Assembly (NCBI RefSeq): GCF_022045235.1
Contig: NW_027266341.1
Span: 30,318,001 to 30,382,000 of the forward strand
Source: Haliotis cracherodii
Taxonomy: Eukaryota
DNA: 64,000 nt
Direction of reading: 5' to 3'
How positions within the stretch are numbered: the stretch's first letter is position 1; each line of letters starts with the position of its first letter. The position numbers and the translations under genes were made by a program. This document shows positions 28,459 to 42,288 of this stretch, one piece after another. The notes under the pieces are model-generated. The model was not told the origin of the DNA. It saw only the letters and a program-made list of their open reading frames with translations, and did not search any database.

Positions 28459-31400
28459 CTATTGCTGTCTTGACCTCACGATAGGCAGGACGAAGCGACC
28501 TATCACAAATGATATCCACTGTGTCAGGTCAGCATTCCTAGACACCAGGAGGTCAAACACTCTTTGATGGCCTCGAAGAGCTGCGAACACAACTGGAGTC
28601 CAACCTCTATGCCCACCTACGTTGATGTTAGAATGTGACAAGAGATGTTGCACTATGGCTGTGTTACCACCAGCACAGGCAAGATGGAGTAAGCTATTAC
28701 CATGGTCATCCCGCAGTGTCAGGTCAGCCTTCTTTGATACGAGGAAATCAAACACACTTTGTTGTCCTTCACCAGCTGCTGTCATGACTGGTGTACGCCC
28801 ATCCTGTCCTCTACTATTGATGTTAGATTCTGACACAACATGTTGTACGATAGCTGTGTTACCACCAGCACAGGCAAGATGGAGTAAGCTATTACCATGG
28901 TCATCCCGCAGTGTCAGGTCAGCCTTCTTTGATACGAGGAAATCAAACACACTTTGTTGTCCTTCAACAGCTGCTGTCATGACTGGTGTACGTCCATGAT
29001 GTCCTCTAGTATTGATGTTAGAGGATGACACAACATGTTGTACTATTGCTGTGTTACCTCCAATACAGGCAATATGGGGTAAGCTATTACCATCGTCATC
29101 CAGCAGTGTCAGGTCAGCCTTCTCTGATACGAGGAAATCAAACACACTTTGTTGTCCTTCACCAGCTGCTGTCATGACTGGTGTACGCCCATCCTGTCCT
29201 CTACTATTGATGTTAGATTCTGACACAACATGTTGTACGATAGCTGTGTTACCTCCTAAACAGGCATAGTGAAGTAAACTGCAACGTTGGTTATCCAGCA
29301 GTGACAGGTCAGCCTTCTTTGATACGAGGAGATCAAACACACTTTGGAGTCCTGAAGCAGCTGCTACCATTACAGGTGTACGTCCATCCTGTCCTCTACT
29401 ATTGATGTTATATTCTGACACAACATGTTGTACGATAGCTGTGTTACCACCAGCACAGGCGAAATGAAGAAAACTATAACCATTGCCATCCAGTAGTGTC
29501 AGGTCAGCCTTCTTTGATACCAGGAAATCAAACACACTTTGGTGTCCTTTACAAGCTGCTTCCATGACTGGTGTACGTCCATCCTGTCCTCTACTATTGA
29601 TGTTAGATTCTGACACCACATGCTGTACGATAGCTGTGTTACCACCAGCACAGGCTAAATGAAGTAAACTGTCACTGCGGTCATCCAGCAGTGTCAGATC
29701 AGCCTTCTCTGATACCAGGAGATCAAACACACTTTTGTGTCCTTTACAAGCTGCTTCCATGACTGGTGTACGTCTATCCTGTCCTCTACTATTGATGTTA
29801 GATTCTGACACAACATGTTGTACGATAGCTGTGTTACCACCAGCACAGGCTAAATGAAGTAAACTGTCACCATGGTCATCCAGTAGTGTCAGGTCAGCCT
29901 TCTTTGACACGAGGAGATCAAACACACTTTGGTGTCCTTTACAAGCTGCTTCCATGACTGGTGTACGTCCAACTCGTCCTCTAGTATTGACAATAGAGGG
30001 TGACACCACATGCTGTACGATAGCTGTGTTACCACCAGCACAGGCTAAATGAAGTAAACTGTCACCGCGGTCATCCAGCAGTGTCAGATCAGCCTTCTCT
30101 GATACCAGGAGATCAAACACACTTTTGTGTCCTTTACAAGCTGCTTCCATGACTGGTGTACGTCCATTCTGTCCTCTACTATTGACGTTAGAGGGTGACA
30201 CAACATGTTGTACTATAGCTGTGTTACCACCAGCACAGGCTAAATGAAGTAAACTGTCACCATGGATATCCAAAAGTGTCAGGTCAGCCTTCTTTGATAC
30301 GAGATCAAACACACTTTGGAGTCCTGCTGCAGCTGCTACCATAACTGGTGTAAATCCATCATGTCCTTTAGTATTGATGTTAGAAGATGACAAGACATGT
30401 TGCACTATAGCTGTGTTACCTCCAATACAGGCATGATGAAGTAAACTATAACCATCGTCATCCACCAGTGTCAGGTCAGCCTTGTTTGATACGAGGAGAT
30501 CAAACACACCTTGTTCTCCTATTGCAGCTGTTGTCATTACAGGTGTATGTCCATAACGTCCTCTAGTGTTGATGTTAGAAGCTGACACAACATGTTGTAC
30601 AATAGATGTGTTACCACCTTGACAGGCTAAATGAAGTAAACTGTCATCCTGTTCATCCAGCAGAGTCAAGTCAGCCTTGTTTGATACGAGGAGATCAAAC
30701 ACACTTTTGTGTCCTTTACAAGCTGCTACCATGACTGGTGTATGTCCATGAAGTCCTCTAGTATTGATGTTAGAGGGTGACAAGACATGTTGTACTATAG
30801 CTGTGTTACCTCCAATACAGGCAAGATGGAGTAAGCTATAACCATGGTCATCCACCAGTGTCAGGTCAGCCTTCACTGATACGGGGAGATCAATCACACT
30901 TTGTTCTCCCATTGCAGCTGTTGTCATTACAGGTGCATGTCCATTACGTCCTCTAGTGTTGATGTAAGAGGGTGAAACAACATGTTGTACAATAGCTGTG
31001 TTATCACCTCGACAGGCTAAATGAAGTGAACTGTGATCATGTTCATCCAGCAGAGTCACGTCAGCCTTGTTTGATACGAGGAGATCAAACAAACTTTTGT
31101 GTCCTTTACAAGCTGCTATCATGACTGGTGTATGCCCAGGATGTCCTCTAGTATTGATGTTAGAGGGTAACAAGACATGTTGTACTATAGCTGTGTTACC
31201 TCCAATACAGGCATGATGGAGTAAGCTATTACCATGGTTATCCAGCAGTGTCAGGTCAGCCTTTTTTGATACGAGGAGATCAAACACACTTTTGTGTCCT
31301 TTACTAGCTGCTGTCATGACTGGTGTACGTCCATGTTGTCCTCTAGTATTGATGTTAAAGTGTAACAAGACATGTTGTACTATAGCTGTGTTACCTCCAA

Positions 31401-33905
31401 TACAGGCAAGGTTGAGTAAGCTACTACCATGGTCATTCAGCAGTGTCAGGTCAGCCTCCTCTAATACGAGAAGATCAAACACACTTTTGTGTCCTTTATA
31501 AGCTGCTACCATTACCGGTGTATGGCCATCCTGTCCTCTACTATTGATGTTGGAAGGTGACACAACATGTTGTACTATAGCTGTGTTACCACCATAACAG
31601 GCAAGATGGAGTAAGCTATAGCCTTGGTCATTATGCAGTGTCAGGTCAGTCTCATCTGAAAATAGGATATCAAACACACTTTTGTGTCCTTTAGAAGCTG
31701 CTACCATGACTGGTGTACATCCATCTTGTCCTCTTCTATTGATGTTGGAAGGTGACACAACATGTTGTACTATGATTGTGTTACCACCATCACAGGCAAG
31801 ATGGAGTAAGCTATCACCATGGTCATTCAGCAGTGTCAGGTCAGCCTCCTCTGATGCGAGGAGATCAAACACACCTTGGTGTCCTTTATAAGCTGCTAAC
31901 ATGATTGGTGTACATCCATAACTTCCTCTAGTATTGATGTTAGAAGATGACACGATGTCTTGTACTATAACAATGTTACCACCTAAAGATGCATAGTGTA
32001 CTACTGCATTCCCGGACTTGTCCTTAATGTTCTTGTTTGATATTGATTTCAAAATCTGGTAACAGTCATTGGATCCTGCGTTTGCTGCTTCCATGAGTGG
32101 AGTCATGCCTTCATCATCTACGGAGTTCATTACAACAGTCTTAAAGAGGTCGCTGTTGTGTTCTTGTAACACATTTAGTATCTTCTGCTGTCCTGTCCTG
32201 CACGCTTTATGTATGATGGTCTTGTAATTTCCAGCAGTAGTGACTGTATCGCCACCTTCTCTTAAGAGATACAAAAGTGTTTCAGAACTTCCATGCACAG
32301 CAGACAGCAAAAGCAGGCGATGCAAGGTGATACCAACGACTGGATGTTCACATCTAGAGAAAAGCCACTTTAACAATGTCACATTGTTTTTAAACACACA
32401 ACCTTCAAAGGATTCTGTGATTTCTATTTGTGTAAATTTTTCACCAGTTTCTTTTTCAATACCTTTGGCAAACTTTGAACTATGTCCAAGTACAGTCCAA
32501 TATAAGATACTTCTCCCCATGTCTCTTTTGTGAAACCAACTTTCTTCCATGGATTCATCAGGCTGGAGCTTTTCAAGAAGTTGGAGAACTATTTTGTCTT
32601 GCCGGAGAATGGGGTGTGTCACTGATTTGGAAAAATGCCCATCTTTTATTGATTTTGCAAGCCGTGTGGTCAGAATGTCATAGTAACTTTCTGAGATGTA
32701 GATGACATGAAGGTGTTCATCAATCTCGGTTTCTGATACTGGCCGGGGTTGTACTCTCTCATATATGAAGTTGTCACTGCAATGAGTCAGCACAAATGTT
32801 GGGCTGATGTCATACAACGCACAAGCACAGGCATCATAGATCGAAGAGTGGGCAAATCCTACAGTATCTCCGCTTGTGAAGAATGTTCCCCTGAAGCCCT
32901 TTGCTGCTTCGTATATTCCTGCACGTGAAGCTTTTGGGAACAATTCTAACACAGTTCTAATCATATTGTCCAGTGCCTCGTCCTTTCCTGCCGATTCCAA
33001 CTTGGCCAAATCTAACTTCTCCTCACACAGTAGCATAAGAACCAATATGGCTGATCGATCAGTTTTTGATCCCAGTAAGCTTTTAAGTTCTAATCTAAGA
33101 TAAAGCAGTGGTTCCTTGAAAAAGTTCATCATATGTTTGGAAAAAGATGAAAATTCAAAAAATAGTTTACAAGTAAGTGGAAATCCAAACACAGAATCGA
33201 CGTCCCACGGGGCGCATTGTACCATGTCTTCAAAATCTTTGTCATTTTCATTACCTTCATGAGAACACTTTTTGTGGAGGTTCCTATGTTTCTCAAATAT
33301 TGCTTTCTTCTCTTCTTGAGTATATCTTTGTTTCGTTTGTTTTGTTATATCCACCACTGTTTGTCCCTTGAACAACGAGAACCCCTCATACTGCATCTGG
33401 GCAAGCCCATCATGGAAGTTGTAGGTCTTGGATGTGAACACAACACGGATATCCTTCGAAGGTTTTTGTGCTGGGTCAGAAACTCCACTAGCCTCCTTTT
33501 CACCTCTTTTCTTAGCTGGATGATTTCTGAGTGAATGTTGTTTCCTTAAATCCTTCTTGCATCGCTGTAAGTGAGGAAGAAGCTTACTCAAAAATAGTTT
33601 CAGTTGGGAAACATCTGTAGATAGTCCAACCGATCCAAACATATCGTCTATGATAAGAAATACTCTAGGTGATGAACTCAAGAAGCTATCCAAGTCAAAC
33701 TGATCAATCCTGTCCACAAACGCCAGCTTGTACCCGTTTCTTCTGTACTGTGAGCCCAACATGAGAGCTGTCGTGGTTTTCCCTTCTCCTGAAGCACCAC
33801 AGATGGTGACATGGCCAAGTTCCTCCAAGTTTCTTTTTGCAGTTCTAAAGGCATTAGCTTCAACAAAGACTTCTTCTGCGTCACTTATTTGTAGGTCAAG
33901 GGTAG
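28459..33905 (-). CDS. STAND NTPase (nSTAND3-like) + ~38 ankyrin repeats, copy 2, intact large terminal exon (NLR-like architecture)
   Basis: 1831-aa open frame with Walker A GASGEGKTT, Walker B FLIIDDMFG, VVFTSK, GFPL, GFAHSSIYDAC, then about 18 units of a 65-aa double ankyrin (TPVMxAAxxGH / SLLHxACxGG). Homology with copy 1 begins at the acceptor ttttctgttttcatttcaag| before 33905, so the ORF start at 33954 is probably intronic. Confidence 0.9.
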
Positions 33906-35639
33906 CTTGAAATGAAAACAGAAAATCATTATATCTTTCATGCAAGTAATACAATTAGAGATGTTAATGATGTGTCGTTTTCAAACTACTTTGTTATAAA
34001 TAATAGGAAGGGACTGCCATATGAGAAAGTGTTTTGGTAAGAGAGTGTTCGGCAATCCCAAAATCTAAAGTAGGCAACAGCTTCTGCCAGGACAATCCCA
34101 TAATCCCAAATGGTGCCAGACTCGCAAGTTGCTTTAAGTACTATTGGTATTCTAAAGAAGGATTGTTCCACGAATCCACTCCAAACCAACAGTAGACATA
34201 ACAAATGAATATCTCTAGATGAAATAAGTAAGCTCATATAGAATATAGTTTCTGCAATTGATTTTGTAATTTTCATTGCTTGGAAGAACATTTAAAATTT
34301 GTTTGTCTATTAAATGGTGTTATGGCCACTAGCACATTATTTAACAAATATCGACCCCATTTTGACTGAAATAATACTTTGATATATCCTTGCATCTCCC
34401 AAACAGATTGAATATCTATCTATGTTTTCTTTATGTTTTTCTTAACTATTCAGTAAATTTATAATATTGTTTCTCAAGTTCCTTTTTCCCTATTCACTGA
34501 CGTGTACATATGACGAACCAGACATGAAGGTTAAAATATCTATTAGTATGTAGGTTTGAAGGATGTAGGCGTGTGTCACAAAATGGACAATAGAGAAGAT
34601 GAACCTTTTGAATGTCCAACAGAGTGTGTAAATTCGGTGTGTGTGTTGTTGGCAAATATAGAATGCACAAATTGTAAACCCATTAAACCTAGTCTGTCCC
34701 AGTCAGCTGTCATCCAAAGTATGGATGCCCTACGTGAAACATTAGTACTTGATCCCACTGACAAGGCCGCAATTTAACGTTACCGCAATATGTAAGCATC
34801 CCGTCATTTCTTGTTAGATCAGAGAACTTGGTAAAAGTGACATATATATAACACGACATATAAGACCAGTATGTCCACTGGGGAAGAAAGTTCATAAAAC
34901 CACACAACAGAAGCATCAACTTCTGGCTTGACTTTAGAACTTGAAAAAAAGTCCATTCAGCTTTTGTACTGGATTCCAAAGGTCCATAAACATCTGTACA
35001 GATTATGTTCAATTACATTCATTGAATCTTTTCTGAAAACCTCGATGTAAAACTTTGGTCTGCAAGTCCGCTGGGACGTTACATCCACTAACTGAATCAG
35101 ATATACTGGCACAATAGAAGTTGGCTAGGGGATGATTTCTAACATTCAAAAATACTGTCGTTTTTTCAGCAGTAACATGGTATAGGACACTGTTTCAAGA
35201 AAGCTGATCCTCTCTCATTCCAGACACTCTCTCATACAGCGCCATGGTCTTATCACTTTGTCCATCCTAGTTCTGCACGTTAAGGGTAATCGGGATGTTG
35301 TGACATTGTCAAGTTGAAAAACAGACATTCAATTTATGATGAAATTGACATTAAATCATAAATTACATATATAGAATAATAAACGACCTATGGGGAATAA
35401 CCGATTATCTGTCCCGAGTGTATAAATGGTGTTCTTACAGCATTCTGTCAAGGGGTAAAGATAATCTGTAATTCCGAGTTTAGAGTAGGTTATTCTCTAT
35501 ATTACTAATTGTTATTTTAAGAGAGAACATGAAGAAACACATATAACACTACAGACAAATTTCACTGAAGGCATCCTATTGTTCAGATGACTTAATGAAA
35601 TGAATTTGTGACGTTAACAGTGGATGATGTCATATGGTT

Positions 35640-35893
35640 TGGTTGGTTGGTTTGTTGTTTAACGCCGCACTCAGCAATATTTCAGCTATATGACGGCGGT
35701 CTGTAAATAATCGAGTCTGGACCAGAAAATCCAGTGATTAATATCATGCGCATCGATCCACGCAATTGGGATCCATGACATGCATCAAGTCAGCAAGCCT
35801 GACCACCCGATCCCGTTTACGACAAGCATAGTCACCTTTTACGGCAAACATGGGTTGCTGAAGACCTATTCTACCCCGGAATCTTCACGGGTC
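35640..35893. repeat. Dispersed ~250-bp repeat (SINE-like); other copies 15100-15300, 37333-37530 (inverted), 42119-42290 + 43462-43565 (inverted, split)
   Basis: Shared string tttaacgccgcactcagcaatatt.cagctatatgacggcggtctgtaaataatcgagtctggaccaga...catgggttgctgaagacc.attcta with a (gttt/gttg)n tail. Confidence 0.85.
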
Positions 35894-36120
35894 TGACGTC
35901 ATATGGCTTTAATTGACGACTTAACATCGAAAATCGCTTAAATGCACATGTGCAAATATGGGAAAGTAATTACACAGGAAAATACAACCATTATGGGTAA
36001 TATTTATATGTCATAGACTAGTTCACTTCTAGATTATAAATTATCATATGTTTTCTTTCCATACGTGTTAGCTCCAAATACACAACTAGAATAACCTGAA
36101 TCATGGCTGACGGTGCCTAC

Positions 36121-36201
36121 CTTCACCAACAGTCCCTGCAGGGGTCGGTCCAGTAAATATGTTCTGCGTCCCGACCACAGTGACGGCTTGAGGGACTCCA
36201 C
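36121..36201 (-). CDS. 81-bp internal exon of STAND-ankyrin copy 2 (xGVPQAVTVVGTQNIFTGPTPAGTVGE)
   Basis: gttttcag| ... GAAG|gtagg, phase 1-1, homologous to 13713-13793. Confidence 0.8.
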
Positions 36202-37716
36202 CTGAAAACAGTCCACAACGGTAAGGGATTTAACTGAATAAAGTATAGTTTGACAGAGAAAAATAAATTCAACAAAGAATTGACACCGTCCTGGTACTTT
36301 GGAAAAAAATCCTCTTTTCAACAGGATAGCATAATTGTGACAGAAGTATATTTTTAGGAGAGAAATAATATCTAAATAATATGGAATTCAGTTGCTGTTA
36401 ATATTAACATGTCTCATCATTATAATGATGAACTACGTTTCTGACACTGCGGGAGTGCATACAAAAGGCTGTAAAGTACTGTATTTAGACATTTGTGAAG
36501 ACCAAAACTAAGGTTTGACAACAATTTTAACATCGTTCAATATTAGTTACCTAAGTTTTGATACAGCGAATTCCCGAGAGTCAGAATAGCAGACAACTGA
36601 ATGTTTACTGCCATATAATCATATAAAACAGTTCAGGGTTACTGGTATTTGTCATAAACTGCTATGAATATCGTTTGTCATGTCCTTTTCGACTGAAATT
36701 ACCTTCAGCAATTTGGTTTATATAAATCTGAAAAAAATCTAGAGATTTACAGAAGTGTGGTGTATTAGGGGTATATTGTAAAGGGACCAATAATTTGTGA
36801 CCCTCATGAAGTGGCAGGACATCACTGGTGGGTGCTACAATGTATCGGACATTGTGACTCAGTGTGTGCCTAAGTTCATGGCACGTCAATAGTGTAACAC
36901 ATGCAAAGGAGTCGTGACTATATCATAAACGCCTATTGAAGTCTCAGAATGCCTTCAAATGACAGACATATTTCCCGTAATCACTCGTACCTCGTGGGTT
37001 ATTCTATAAATGTACCTCATTTGAAGGGTATATGTTTTACACGGGTCTCGTTGAATATCTACAAATTGTGATGGTGGTGCAAAAGGGGATGAGCATAATA
37101 TTTTATTTACATGTTACAAAATATCTATTGTTGTGAAAAAGGTTTTTACCAAAAATTGCCCTTTCTTATTAATGTTAACAAGACCTTATAATTGTTTTAC
37201 AGTCTAAGCCGAAAATAAAGTTACAGCTGCCAAGAGACCATACCATAAATAGTAGAACAAATGTGTCTTTCACCATATGATTGTATTGCCGTTATCTACA
37301 AGCAGTGAAAGGAAAACTTTTCATAACTACTTGAAGATCTGGGGTAGAATAGGTCTTCAGTAACCCATGCTTGTCGTAAAAGGCGACTCGCTGTAACCGT
37401 ATCCCAATTGCGTGGATCGATGCTCATGATATCAATCACTGGGTTGTCTGATCCAGACTCGATTATTTACAGACCGCAGTCATAAAGCTAGAATATTGCT
37501 GAGCGTGGCGTTAAACAATAAACAAACAAACATAACTACTACATACAAACACAATAACATACCATCAACATGCTCATAAGTACCGATCATTTCTAATATG
37601 GAAGCCCCATGTCATACATGATTAATATATAGACCTGTGATTCTTCCATGTCACTCAACATGAATTTAATAAGCTCATAAGCTATAACTTTGTATGAACA
37701 CCACTATTTTCCATGG

Positions 37717-37990
37717 TCAGGTGTATTTGTTATAAAACAAATCAATATTGTCATCATTCTGGCATTCCACAAACACGAAGTCTGGCACAGGATCATAAGG
37801 AAACTTCTCAAAGTCAAGTTCAAAAGTCTTCATCAATCTGACCTTAGCGTCATATGCCAGTGACCCATATGCCTTCTCAGTGCTCAATGAGTTGTGATTG
37901 GCTTCATGGCACGCAACCCGGAAGTGTTGTTGTGGAGATTTCTGGACAGTGTAGGTCATTAGGTCCCCATGGTTGTCATAACAACCGAGA
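37717..37990 (-). pseudogene. Possible carbohydrate-sulfotransferase-like C-terminal fragment
   Basis: KAYGSL...RLMKTFELDFEKFPYDPVPDFVF resembles the Y..DF..F.Y C-terminus of the CHST/Sulfotransfer_2 family. Only a short motif supports this. Confidence 0.3.
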
Positions 37991-40900
37991 AATGAGTGAG
38001 TGAGTGTATATTGTTTTACGCGACACCCACACATTTGAACTATACCGCTGAGGTCTGTAAGTAATTAAGGCTGGACCAGCCAATAGTTGATGGCATGTGA
38101 CAGGCCAGTATCTGACTTTATGAAACAAATTAAAATCACAATTGTTTCACATACTTTGATGATGTGATTGCTAGGTGTTACTAAATCCCCGATTTGATGC
38201 AAGCAACATGAAATATACAATAACAAGAAGAGTGTGGGATCTAGTTAATAGTGTTTAACAGTCTCGAAGCCTTTTCAGCGTATTGTCAATAAGGGTTTGA
38301 TTCACTCTAATATCTCAGACTGCCATGATCTTCAATAGGCTGATGTTCTAGGGCAATAATATAGACAACCTGATTTCGTCGTCGGGTAGCCTAATGGTTA
38401 AAGCGTCACGGCGAAGACCCGACATGAGTACAATGTGTGAAGCCCATTTCTGGTGTCCCAAAGAGAAAGTGTTTTGATAGGTATGTAACAAAAGCAAGCG
38501 ACAATACGTAGAAAAGGGTATAGATGATATTGAAAAGCTTTGCGATTCAGAACAAGTTGACTTCAAGAAGAACATTGGAAATTAGGTGATGGTAAATGTC
38601 ACACATCAAAAGCAGAAGTAAGGATATTAAGGTACATTATTGAAAACGAAAACGAAAAATAGTTTATTTCACATCAATTTAAATGGCATTATATTACAAA
38701 TGATAAGTGTTGAGAGTTCTCCTTTGTTTCACGAAGACAAACTGATCAATCAGAACTGTTTTAACCATGACAAACATGACATTCAGAAGTGGAAAGTTGT
38801 AGTCTTGATTACATTAGGTAAATGAAACATCAATTTGCAAGCACTATCTGAGAGAGTGTTATCAGATGGTAATAATTTTCACCAGTACGAGATCATACTG
38901 TAGTGTACATGCTCAGAGGATATTTCCCCAGTTAGCCTGTACATGTCGCGTACGCGTTGAATGTTATAACTTAGGTACGCCAATATGTTTAATACATTTT
39001 AAAGTACATGTTCCAAGAGTATTGTTTTCTCAAAGCTCCTATTTCTGAACAATATAACAATACAGACTGAACCATTTAGTGAAAAACGTTTAAGCTGACA
39101 ATTGATAAGCAGTTCTAAAAAGTCTATTTGAGAATTTTGTTTGAACCACTGTATACATGACCCTCAATGCCTGATTTAAACACAAAAACATGGGTTTACC
39201 TTATTGGACGACAGTTTACACACTATTAGATCCTTTGTCTTATCTATATGCACTTTGAGTTCACATTTATAACATTTTTCTTCAAATACGGGTAAACATT
39301 TTCTTACGTTGGCGCTTCATGATGAAAACTCCACTTCTTGTGTCTTGATAATTTATAATCAAAGATGTCGCCTATATCGTTGAAAGCTTTTCAAATATGG
39401 CAAACACTTTACCAATTGATGTCACAGCTTTAAATAAATATGAATGATGACGCAGCGTATGCCCAAAAGTGGCCAAATAGAGAAGATAAACTTGTAGAAT
39501 GCTTTTCAGAGTGGGGAAATTCGGTGTTTGTGTTGTTTTCATTGGTAGAATGCACCAATTAAAACCAAATATAACTATTCTGTCCCAGACAGCTGTTATC
39601 CAAAGTCTGGATGCCCTACATGACAGGTTTATACTTTCCACTGTGTGAGCATCATTGCCTTACTTGTTTGATCAAAGAACTTGTCAAAAGTGACATATAA
39701 TGCCACATATAAGACCAGTTATGTAAGCTGAAAACCCCCACAAAACAGTTGCATCAATTTTGGCTTGACTCTAAATCCGGAAGACAAGTCCATTCCGGTT
39801 TTGTACTTGATTCGATAGCTGCATAACAATCCGTACAGAGTATATTCAATTACATCCATTAAACAAAATCGGAAAACCTCGATGTTAACATAGATATGCA
39901 AGTCAACTGGTACAATAAGGACATCGGTAGGGTGAGAGATCATATGATTGAAACATACTCTCCTGGCTGGTTGTCAAATGGGATGAGACACTCTCTTAGA
40001 GGAAGAAAAGAAGGCGAATGCTCTCTCTCCATACACTCTCTCAGACACTGTCATGGACTGATTACTGTGTTCATTCAAGTTCGCCGAATAAGGTATGATC
40101 AAGTTATTACGGAATTAACTTAACATCATAAAAGGAAATATACTCTGTCAAAATATAAATTACAAAAGTTGTAAAATCGTAAATATCTGCTGATATCCTT
40201 ACAATATTAATACAAAAATTGTTTTCTTCATTAATTGGGATTGATTTGAAGGGGGAAAATGATGTACTGCACAAATTTGGTGAAAAGACAAAAAACACAA
40301 CAATGTGAGTCCTGTGTGACGCTATGATTGACACAAAGTTACGCAGAACGACGACGGTTGTTATCTGCATTTCTGACAAATTCTCTTCGTTACATTGGAA
40401 AACATAAAAACAAATAACAGTACGCAGATTGTCTGATTGTTTCTGATTACTTACATGACACATTTATGTATATACCATCCCTCAATCAACGAGAATCCTC
40501 CTCTGAAAATCCCGCGTACTGTTGTCAGTGAACCTGCCATTTGGTAGAAGTCGGTCACCGGCAGTGATGTCATACGGTAGTAAACATTGTTGTACATATT
40601 TGGTAATTTCTTTGAGGTGAATGTTTTAAATCGGCACCATGCGGGTTCTTTGATCTCATCTAGTTTGCATTATCATCATTGCCTTTGTAATACACAGATG
40701 GTGGAAACGTTTAGGTTTGAGTGTACGGTCACATTATTTGTGAATAGTAAGCAGTACATCGGATGACGACACTCATGACCGTTGTGTTATGTATTTAAGC
40801 GTCACTGGGATCATGACAACAGAAAAATGCATCGATTCGATGCTAAAAAGGTGAGATTTTAGCGTGTGTAAGAAACAGAATACTGCAATCGTGCCTGTCA

Positions 40901-42288
40901 GATACCATTTGTCTTACGTGTTGTTTCAAAAAGTATCTAACGGGCGAAAGAGAACTTGTTAGATATGCTTTGAAACAACTCGTAAGATAAATGGTATATG
41001 ACAGGCACTCGTGTAGTAATCTCTATTTCTTACACATAACGTGATATTTGTCAACACTATCCATTATGGCGGAAAGAGCACTTCGGCGTTCGTGTTTGAA
41101 TATTTTCCAAAACATTCTAAACGATTCCAGGTTCCTCGGCGACGTTTCAGAATTATCATTGGTGTTTTGGTCAAAAACAGATTCCCGTGATCATTAATGT
41201 TCTATTTTTGAAATCAATCCTTCGACTAAATGTCCATTATCCGTTAGATTTCTAAACACACAGTAGATCTAATTTTGCTTTGCCTAAAATGACAGTGGGT
41301 GATATCACAGAAGGGGGAATTTCCAACAGAATTCAAACTTTTAATGTGCGTGATGTATTTCGAATTATGATAGTCAACTTCGAAGTGAGGGTTAAAGAGG
41401 AGAGACATATATATCGTCGGATCATTTGTTTTCGGACATCAAACATTTATCGCGAATTACTCCCGCTATAATGAGGGTTGTGGTGTCAACAGACATTGTA
41501 AATACTCAGATGATGGCTTCATTTTTAGATAAAGCTGTCTTGTGAATGAGATGTTTTACGGTTCTTGTGATCAGCGAATGTCTCTATAGCGTCCGAAAAC
41601 CCATAACACGGGAATAAAGCTATTTACACTCTAAAACTAGTACGTTCGACAGAGACGTAGGTGGACATTCGACTGAAGCACAAGCAACTTATCAATGACT
41701 TACGATCTGAAAAGTAGTCTGTCATAATCTGACCTCAGGTCATCACCATGGAGTAGCCAATCACTGGCATGGAATTTGATCTCATACAAATGTTTGATAC
41801 CAGTTATCTCAAATGGGTGGCTCCAGACATTCTTTCTTTTTGTTTGCATTAATATCATCATCACCTTGATAATCTTCGGATATGGCGGAAACCTTTTTGT
41901 GTAGGGTCACATTATTTATTAGTAGTAAGCAGTACATATGATGACGTCACTTATGACAGTGGTGTTATATATTAATGCGCTACTGCGATCATGAGAACAG
42001 ACAAAATGCATTGATTCGATGCTAAAAAGGTGTGATTTTAGGGTGTGTAAGAAACAGGTTACTGCACTCGTGCCTGTCAGATACCATTGATTTTACAACT
42101 CGTTACAAAGCTAAATTAGACCCGTGAAGATTCCGTGGTAGAATTGGTCTTCAGCAACCCATGCTTGCCGTAAAAGGTGACTATGCTTGTCGTAAGACTC
42201 GACTTACGGGATCGGGTGGTCAGGCTTGCTGATTTGGTTGATGCATGTCATCGTATCCCAACTGCGTGGATCGATGCTCATGATGTCA

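Noticed and set aside
28622-33910. Plus-strand ORFs overlapping the ankyrin/NTPase exon
   Set aside because: Antisense shadows of the repetitive coding strand.
33906-33954. ORF-track starts of the STAND-ankyrin ORFs (33954 and 10854)
   Set aside because: They lie upstream of a polypyrimidine-AG acceptor where paralogue similarity drops. In-phase upstream exons exist.
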